Assembly: GCA_963575745.1 (NCBI GenBank)
Contig: CAUYUJ010000240.1
Coordinates: 62,001-116,458 of the forward strand
Direction: 5' to 3'
Origin: Prorocentrum cordatum
Taxonomy: Eukaryota
DNA: 54,458 nucleotides
Shown: piece by piece, positions 45,826-54,458 of the stretch
Layout: the number at the start of each line of letters is the position of its first letter
How positions within the stretch are numbered: the first letter of the stretch is position 1
Translations under genes and position numbers: made by a program
Notes under the pieces: generated by a model
What the model saw: the letters and a program-made list of their open reading frames with translations, nothing else
What the model was told of the DNA's origin: nothing
Database searches by the model: none

Positions 45826-48800
45826 CGTGGGGGCAACGTGGCTCTGATAACTGAAACCTGCACCAACACACCATTTTGAATACGAGGAAACACGCGCAGA
45901 GACTTCGAGAGGGCCTCACAGCGAGGGCTCGACAGGGCTCTAAGACTTGCCCTGAGGATGCCCCTTGTCGGGGGTTGCCAAAGGTGGCCCTGGCCCAAGG
46001 TGCCCCCAGCTTTTCGCTCCACTCTGGAGCCCCTGGGGCCGTCTGGGCCTCGTGAGGGGTTCTCTGGGCACCGTGGGGGCCTCCCTGGAAATCCTGGGGT
46101 GCACTTTGGGCCAGGGGCACTTCTAGCGACACCCGAGCAGAGGATGGCCGACGAGGGCTCCAGAATCGATCCAGGAGTTGCGCCGAAACCGGTCCCAAGA
46201 AGTGCGCAAACCAGGTTCGGAGAGGCCTCGACCACAGCGCCAAAGCGGACTCCAGAACAAACCCACGGCTCAATGGGGGGCTCTCACAGAGCGTGCCCAG
46301 TGGCGGCCGAAGACGGCCTCAGGAGGGGCCCCAGAACGCTCCAAAATCGTCCGGGATGGCGTTGAATTGGCCTGGAGATGGCTCCGGATCTCGTCGGATC
46401 TCAAGGGAGGGAGGGGGGGGGAGAGACGGGAGGAAAAAGGAGGGCGCAGGAGAGAGGAAGGCTTAAGTCGGGCCTGTCCCCCTACAGGGGGATTTTCGAC
46501 GAAACATATAAAAAGAATACCCCAAAAATACCCCAAGAAGGTCAAAAATACCCCCAAAATAATCCCCGGGCTATTTTTGGACAATGTTTGATTACTTTGG
46601 GGGTATTTTTCGTCGAAAATCCCCCTGTAGGGGGACGGCCCGACTTAAGAGCAGAAGAGAGGAAGGCACGATGGAAAGAGGGCGGAGGAATGGGAGGGCC
46701 GGGGAGGGATCCATCCTCGGACGCGTCTCGGGGCTCGTGGGTCTGCTGGCTCAAGCTGGAGCCCTAGAGAGGGACCCGCGCCCCCGGGAGAAAGCGAAGG
46801 AACAGAGAGGGGCGAGGACGATCACGAGTGAAAGAAGAGGAGGAGGAGGCGGAGGAGGAGGAGGAGGAGGAGGAGGAGGGGGAGGAGGAGGAGAGGGAGG
46901 AGGAAGGAAGGAGGAGAAGGGGGAGGAGGAGGGGCAGGGGAGGAGGAGGGGAGGGAGGGAAGGAGGGAGGGGGAGGTACATGGGGGGGGAGGAGAAAGAG
47001 GGACGGGCTATTCTCTGGCGGCACGGCTCTCTCTCGCCCCCAGGGCAGTGGGGGGAAGGAGCGCGCGGCCCCCTCCCCGACCCCCCCTATACCCTCCCCT
47101 CCCCTCCCTCCTCCTCCTCCTCCCTCCCCTCCTCCCTCCCTCCCTCCCTCCTCCCTCCCTCCCTCCTCCCTCTCCCCCTCCTCCCTCTCCTCTTCCCTCC
47201 TCCTCGTCATCCCTCCTCTGTTTTCGGTTTTGTTTTCCTGCCCGCTCTCTCGGTCTGGACCTCCCCGCAGTGGGCCCCTCCCCCCTTCCCCACCTCTCCT
47301 CCCCTCCTCCTCCTCCTCCTTCCTCCTCCTCCTCCTCCTCCTCCTCCTCCTCCTCTCCTCCTCCTCCTGCGTCTCCCCCTCCCCGTCCTCCTCCCCGCCC
47401 CCTCCCCCTCCTCCTCCATCCCTCTTCCTCATAAGCAGTTCCTCCGTGTCGCACACCGAGGCCGGTCGAAAGGGCGGGCCGGGCGTTTCGCCTAAGACTT
47501 CCTCGCCATCTGTGGTCCTGAGGCTTGAAAGTTGCAAGAGCTTCACGGACGGAGGGCGGGCCGCTGTCAACGTGTGGCTTTCGTTTTCGCGCCAAGCAGA
47601 GTCGATTTCTGAAAGTGTGCAATCGCTTCACGGATGGATGAAGGGGCCCAGGGACACACAAATGAATACACACAAATCCCAGGATTCTATTATATTTTCG
47701 CATATTTTCTGTGTTTCGTCTTCCTCACCACTTCCCATATTTTCCCATATGCTCCTGGGAATCGCAGATTAATGGTGTCTGTGTGTGTGTGTGTGTTCTT
47801 CCCCTCCTGAATGGAGGGCGCGACATCTTCATCCTGCGGCTCTCGCCTGACTTCCGCGCGCATTCGCCTTCCAAGAGGTCTGCAAGAGCTTTGCGGAAGG
47901 AGGGCGGGCCACTTTCGAACATGTGCTCCTCGCGTTGGCGCCGAACACCAATCGCCCCCCAAAGGTGTTTGCAACCAGCTCCCGGATGGAGGGCGGCCCG
48001 TTTTTACAGTAGGGGCCCGATCCACAAGAAACCCTCCACAAGAGACCCAACCCTGAGACCTTTTTCGATCCGCGGGTCGAGAGGGAAAAGGAGGAAAAAG
48101 GAAAAGGAGGAAAAAGGGGGGAAAACGAGGAAAAGGGAGGGACAAGGAGGAAACGGAGGAAAAGGATCCTTGAATTAACCATTGAGGGGGAGGAAAAGGG
48201 GGGGCGCGCAGCCTCAGAACGAGGCTGGGAGGAGGCAATCCAACCCAGAGACCAGAGGACGTCCATTGATTGTTGGTGTGGGAGCGTCACGCTTTGCATA
48301 GCAAAACCATCGAAACCCAAGAAACCCAGGGCACCCTGGAGGCGACCAGGGTGTTTCTTGGTATGAGTCTCTACTGGAATGTGGCTCTCGCCTCGAGGCT
48401 GCACACATTCGTCTTACAAGGCTGCAAACGTGTCACGGATGGAGGGCAGCTCCTTTTTGAACCCGTGTTTCTCGCCTTAGCGCCGCGCACGTTCGCCTCA
48501 ATAGTTTCCAGCGATTGCAAGGAAGGGTTCTCATGGTGGACGTGCAAGAAACAATGTTTTGGCACGAGGCGGGAATGTCAGGGCGCCACCATCACGTTGA
48601 TTCGCGGTGCTGTAATCCAAGAAATGGTGTACTGGCACGATTCTGGATCGTCAAGACGCAACAGTAGCAGTGACTCGCGGCGTTGCCGTCCCAGAAATGG
48701 TGTTCTGACCCAGTTCTGAGTTTTCGCGCGGTTCTCTTCCAACGGGGCACTTCCCTCAGTGAAAATGGAATCTTGTAGAGGCCTAAATAGAGGGAGCTTG

Positions 48801-50977
48801 GAGGGAGGGCATATTTCAATATCGTTGATGGGTCTTGAGCTTGCGCTGGTCCTCCTCCTCCTCCTCCTCTTCTTCCTCCTCCTTATTTTCTTCCTCCTCC
48901 TCCTCCTCCTCCTCCTCCTCTTCTTCCTACTCTTTCCCTCCCCCCTCCCCCTCCCCCTCCCCCATCGGAGCTCAGAGCTGCGGGCTGTTCTGGCTCGTCG
49001 GAGCCTGAAACCCTCGACCCCCCCAGGCGCTGCAAGGCTTTCGCGGGCTGCGGGGGGGCATCAGCGCGGGCCGCCTGCGGCCGCCGCATCGGAGGATCAG
49101 GGGGGGGGACCCCAGAAGGAAACCGACCACGGGGCGACACGAGGAACGCAACGGGAAGACAAGAAGGGAGGAGGAGCGGAGGAAGGACTGAAAAACGCAG
49201 CAACCACGCCGGAGCGAGGCGAGAGGAGGGGCCAAGGGACCCCCCCACGCCCAGAGAGGCCGACGCACCACCCCTGGAGGAGAGCGGGGGGAGGGGGAAG
49301 AGAGGAGGAGAGGACGGCGGCGACTCTGGCCACGGGGATGTCCTTCAGGTGGGCGCTGGTCCGTCGACTGCTCCTCCCAACTCCCTCCCCCCTCGAAGTA
49401 ACCCCCTTTTCCCCATTCTCCCTTCCAAAAACACCCTCATGCCCTTTCCCTTTCCCCCTTTCCCCTTTCCCCTCTCCCCTCCCAGTTTGGGGCGTCGCCG
49501 CGACATGCTGTGTCATGCTACGCGTTGATCTTCACCACCATGCACACACGACATCCGAATGTGCGAATAACAACGAGATCTGGGCCATGGTAAAGGATGG
49601 GAGGGAGGGGTACGATGTCAGATATGATGCGAGCGCACCTAGCTTGCCCCTTTCCCCTCTCCCCTCTGCCCTCCCGAAATGCCCTCGCCCTCTTGCCCTG
49701 GCGGGCGCCGGCCCACCAGTGCCGCGTTGACGGCGCTGGCGTCTGTGCATGCGTGGGGTAGCCGCGCTGCGGAGGCTGGCGCCTCCTGGAGGTGCTGCCG
49801 CCGGCGGTGGTGGTCTGGAGTGGGCTGTCGTCTGAACATTTTCTTAGGGTGGAGGGCTCAGGGTGAAATCCACATGGGCTTTTCCACCTCGAGAACCAAT
49901 CCGTCTGGTTATTCACCTTTTGCAGATTCTTTGCGCGCGGCGGAGCCCGCCGACCGGGCGATGGCTGCCGGGATGGGTCTCGGCTCCCGAGAGCCGGTAA
50001 GGACCTCGTTGCTCATGCTGCTCACGTGGCGGTGCCTGCTGCGCTCGTGCACGGGCGCGGGCTCCACGGCCGCCATGGCGCGAGGCGGCCGGGCGCTCCG
50101 CAAGTCCATCCGCCCTCCTGGGATCACCCTGTCCCTTTTGGCGGGGCTTGGCGGGGATGGTTGCCCCAGACAGGCAGCGGTTCTCCCCACCCCCTACCCT
50201 TCCCCCTCCCCATCGTCTTCATCATCGCACATCCCACAGCGCCTGAGGCAGTCTATGAGTTCAAGGAAAAATTACACAGCCTGACCACTCGGCTGGTCTA
50301 CCTCTGCTGCAAGAGGGGGAAGCCGCCCTTATGCACAAGAGGGTATGGAGAACACAATAAACACACAATGTGTAATAACGAGGACAGCGATAACGTGATA
50401 CCTGCATGCGAAGAAGCACAACGCACACAAAGGAGGACAACCACTGCAGCAAGTGAACAAACAATCAGGCCACGCTCGCTGAGATCTTATATCGAATGCG
50501 AAAGACAGCCAAGAGAACAACACAGAGCTAATATTGTTTGCACTCACTGGCAGCAACATCTGAGGCACCCCAGTCCTTGGCCCCGAGAACTTCCCGTCCG
50601 AAGAGGCCAATATTCTTGCGTTGTGGAACGAATTGGCGATCTTTGTACTGCGCCGCCGACGCCTTCCACTCCTCCAGCTCCGTGGTACGCTCACGACGGC
50701 GGACGAATGGAGAGGAGGAAGCTGCCGAGGACGGCCACAGCTGCAGCTCCTCCATGCCCTCGCTGATGCAGACGTCCCACGCGGCCGCAGCAGCCCCACC
50801 AGTAGGGCAGTCATCCCACACAGGGGCCCGATCTCTCGCCTGCTCACCCTCAGAACCGTCCTCCGTGGGGAGGCACCCCATCGGAGGGAAGCTTGGCGCC
50901 CGTACCTGCAGCATCGGGCGTTGGAGCCCCGGCGGCAGGCGGCGCCACCAATTTCCTGCTCTTCGGCATCGGGTACT

Positions 50978-51637
50978 TCACGAAGCTGGTCGCGTCGATG
51001 GGCACCGAGGAAAAGCCACCGAACCGCAAGCACAACGGTGGCCCATCGCGGTTGAGCTTCCTTTAATCGGGAACCAGCGACCCTCCCCAGGAAAAAACTC
51101 AGCAGCATCGCGACGTAGAGCATCGGGGGCAAGGTGTCGCTCCACCGCAGCCTCCGCCATGGCCCGCTCGAGGTCCACAGCCCAGGGCGCACTAATTGAC
51201 GGCATGGGCAGCAATGCAGGACCAGGGGCCATCGCCTGAGCCTTCGATTGCCGCTGGGTGGAATTCGGCTCGGACTGGGGCGCACACTCCAAAACTTCAG
51301 CCTTGACGAAACAATAGGATGCCGTGTTGCGCCCCGCCACCTGCAGCTTGCTCGGCAGCCTGCCCGCAATCGCCGCTGCGAGCACGGGTGCCGCGAGCCT
51401 GAGCCGTGCCGAGAGCTCGAAGTCGTCCCCGACGACCGCCTGAAGCTTCTCGAGCTGCTCCTGCAGAGACACATTCTCCTGCGTAAGCCTCTCGACGATA
51501 CTGTCTGCAGACTCGATGGAACGCGCACGCCGCGGTCTCCGTGCAATAACCGCACTTTCAGCATACTCTCGCCACACACCCAGGGCGAGCCCCGCAGCCA
51601 CCAAACACCCAGAATCCGGCGCCATGATGTTGTACAT
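50978..51637 (-). pseudogene. SL-headed ORF of unknown function (possible retrocopy or retroelement 5' ORF)
   Basis: ATG ~27 nt downstream of an SL relic; coiled-coil-like VERLTQENVSLQEQLEKLQ segment. Confidence 0.35.
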
Positions 51638-51664
51638 AGAGCCAAGCCGTTGGTGGTGTTGCGG

Positions 51665-51686
51665 CTTGATCCAAACTGGCTACGGA
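51665..51686 (-). other. Dinoflagellate spliced-leader relic
   Basis: TCCGTAGCCAGTTTGGATCAAG, 20/22 to DCCGTAGCCATTTTGGCTCAAG. Confidence 0.85.
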
Positions 51687-51784
51687 CCCTTCCCCCTCCC
51701 CTTCCCCCTCCTCCTCCTCCTCTTCCTCCTCCTTCTCCTCCTCCTGCTCCTCCTGCTTCTCCTTCTCCTCCTCCTCCTCCCTTC

Positions 51785-51805
51785 CCGTGGCCATTTTGGC
51801 TCAAG
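51785..51805 (+). other. Dinoflagellate spliced-leader relic
   Basis: CCGTGGCCATTTTGGCTCAAG, 20/21 to the invariant SL core. Confidence 0.9.
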
Positions 51806-54458
51806 CGAGCCTGCTCCGGGAGGCCCTCCCCCACGGCGCGCCGGCGGCGCGCGTCGGCGCGCCAGTGGCCATTGGCAGCGCGACGTTTGGGCGGCGGCGA
51901 GCGCGCAGTCGCTGGCACGGAGTAAGCTCAGGGAAGCTCCTGCCCTACACGGTCACTCTCGCGCTTCGGCGTTGGCCGAGCGCTGCAAGGCGCTGAGGAC
52001 TACCCTCATGACACACTGGCCACTCGGTGGTGCCATCGGGGGCGTGCCCCTTCCACTGACCGCGGCTGGTGTACCGGCCACCACTCATGCGACGTGGGGC
52101 CACGCCCTTGCTTTGACGGAGGCCCGGAGGTGTGGTGCCTAGCAGTCTCCTCCTCGGCTGCTGGCTGCCCTGCCAAATGCAGGTTCTATTTAGTTGTGAT
52201 GCCGGCCAAGGGCACAGACGCTCGTGCGGTTTCTGCGCCTACGGGCCGCCAAGAATAAACGCGAGACCCACGCGGACAACTCACTGGCAATGCGTCCACG
52301 GCACGCGCAGGCTTCCGCAACTGACACAGAAGCGCTGGCGCGAGCGACGACGCCCACTCAGCTCGCCCGCGCAGAACGACAACTGCTTTCCCCGCGGGCC
52401 CCTTCTACTGCCTGCGGCAAGCGCTCTGGCCGCCGCTCAATTACGCTGGGCCTGGCGGCGCGGCAGCGCGCGGTCTCCTCCTCGGTCGCGCGCTGCCCCC
52501 CTCTTGGGCCTTGTGTCCGTGGAGGCCCTCGGCCGGCTGCGGCGGCTGCCCGTCCGGCGCGTCGACGGTTTCTCTGAGGGCCTATGGACCCGCGGGCAGC
52601 TTGCTGATGCTGCACTGCTATCGGGCCAGGTGTTCACCGAGTCGGTTTGGAAAGCCTTCGGGGAACGCGTGGGGGAGCAGGGGGAGAAGGCTCAGGACGA
52701 GGGAGGAGGACGATGACTGAGACGAGGACGAGGATGGGGCACGTGCCATCGGAGGCCACCTCAGTGCAGTGGGGGAGGCCGTCCCGGCAGCTCGGCTCGC
52801 TGCACACTCCCGCGCGCGACCTCGCGAGGGCCGACAGCCTGCCGGCGCGCGGCCATCGGGCGCGGTAGGCGCCACCGCCGCCTGGCGGGCTGCCCAGGGT
52901 GTGGCAGTCGACGCGCCGCGGCTCGAGGCCTGCGTGGCGAGGAGCCGTGTGTGCAGGACGTCCAGGCGGAGTACGAGACCAACTCCTCCTCCTCCTCCTC
53001 CTCCTCCTTCTCCTCCTGCTGCTCCTCCTCCTCCTCCTCCTGCTCCTCCTGGGAGTGGCAGGAGGTTTGGGCGAATGCCAGGTTGCACTGCACCAGGAGC
53101 CCACAAAAGGAGCCTGGAGCCATGCAGACGCAGAAGGCCCGGGCGGCCGTCCAGGAGGTGGCGCCGCGCATGGCGCAGGGGGTCCAGGGTAGCATTACAC
53201 AACAAAAAGCAAGTCGCGGAGGGCCTGGTCAGATGAGGGGTGAGGGAAGCAGGGAGGCGGAAGCGCGCTTCTGCAGTGAGGCCCAGCACCAGAAGGAGCA
53301 GCATCAGGAGGTGCAGCAGGAGCGGGAGGAGCTCAAGGCAGCCTACCAGGTCTCCGAAAGCCTCGTCGAGGGCGAGGTGCGCTTCGCTGAGGAGGCGTCG
53401 CGGCTCGCGCACTTCGAGCTTTGGTGCCCCGTGCAACGGGGTAGGGGGAGAGGGGGAGGCGTCTTAGATGGAGGCTGCTTCATAGAAGGCGCGGGCCTTA
53501 CATCTATCCAGACATGCGGCGCCCTGGTGTTTTCAGTGCCGCGTCCCCGAAGTCCAGACCCTTTCCCTGGGGCGGGCTTTTCATCCGGAGTCGTTTTGGT
53601 TACGGTCCCCGGGACCAGCGAGGGCCCCCAAGGGCAGAAAATAGCGCAAAACTTGCCGCTCTGATTTGTTTGACGACGCGATCATGTCTGGGTGTAGATC
53701 AGGCCCGCTCCTTCTAAGCCTTCTCAGAAGCAACCTCCTTCGAAGAAGCCTTCGTCCCCTCCCCCTGCTCTCCTCTGCGCGTGGCCGAGAGCTGCGGCGC
53801 CGAGCTGGAGCAGCAGGGCCTGCCAGCCCAGCTGGTGCGACTCTGCCTCCAGGCCAGGGGTACAGTGGGGGCCCATGCACAAGACACCTCCCACGAGAAA
53901 CCCAACCCTTGAGACCCCAGAACCCCAACCCTCGAGGTCCGCTGACTTTTGCGGTGGGAGCGTCACGCCTTCCATCGCAACACCGTCGACACCCGAGACG
54001 CCCAGGGCACCCTGGAGGCAGGCAGGGTGCTTCTTGGCATAGATCTCCACTGAGCTGGATCAAGGGGCCCAAGGACACACAAATAAATACACACAAATAA
54101 CATGGCGCCCCGTATTTTCTGGGTTTTTGTCTTCCCCCCACTTCCCATATGTTCCAAAATTTTCTTCAGGATCGACGATTCATTGTGCCTGTGTGTTTTC
54201 CCCCTCCTGACTGGAGCGCGCCGGCCGATCGCTGCCCCTTCAGTGCTCGCGCGCTCGCCCCCTCCAGGCCCGAGGGAGGTCGCAGGCGCGCGCCGCACCA
54301 GCGGCATCGGCACGCACGAGGGAGCGGCACCCCCAAGAGAAGCGCGACTGAGCTTCCTCCCTACCGCTCCTGCTGCCTCCTGTTCCTTCCTGCTCAGTGT
54401 TTCTTTTATTGTGTTGTTTGTTTGCTTTCTCTCTCTCTCTCTCTCCCCGTCTCTCTCT

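Noticed and set aside
46584..47772. Long poly-E/G/P/S ORFs
   Set aside because: GGA/CCT low-complexity tracts with no domain signal.
50329..51918. 529-aa minus-strand ORF
   Set aside because: Runs through a microsatellite and SL relics; Arg/Gly-rich composition typical of GC-rich shadow frames.

Overview
GC-rich, microsatellite-dense eukaryotic DNA, almost certainly from a dinoflagellate: two near-perfect relics of the dinoflagellate spliced leader (DCCGTAGCCATTTTGGCTCAAG) sit at ~51.7 kb. No host protein-coding gene is recognisable; the window is mostly nested mobile elements. The centrepiece is an 18.3-kb minus-strand Ty1/Copia-type LTR retrotransposon (22381-40698) with 285-bp LTRs differing at one base and a 5-bp TSD (TCACC). 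Its ~5,300-codon polyprotein, now broken by about eight frame disruptions, has the order Gag/Zn-knuckle, SH3/Tudor-like motif, Tpt1/KptA RNA 2'-phosphotransferase, RING-H2, aspartic protease, degenerate C5-MTase-like domain, C5-MTase-like domain, integrase, RT, RNase H. Its cis elements are also odd: ACT...ACT termini, a CCA-ending polypyrimidine tract where the PPT should be, a spliced-leader-like motif in the LTR, and about 30 dispersed GCGGG-GNNA-CCCGC hairpins. A 1.9-kb element with asymmetric inverted repeats and an internal ~150-bp tandem array splits the integrase. Also present are a TSD-flanked degenerate LINE with a small ORF downstream of pol, a LINE RNase H remnant split by a TIR element, and several satellites and duplications. 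All domain calls are by-eye motif recognition and need HMM or structural confirmation.
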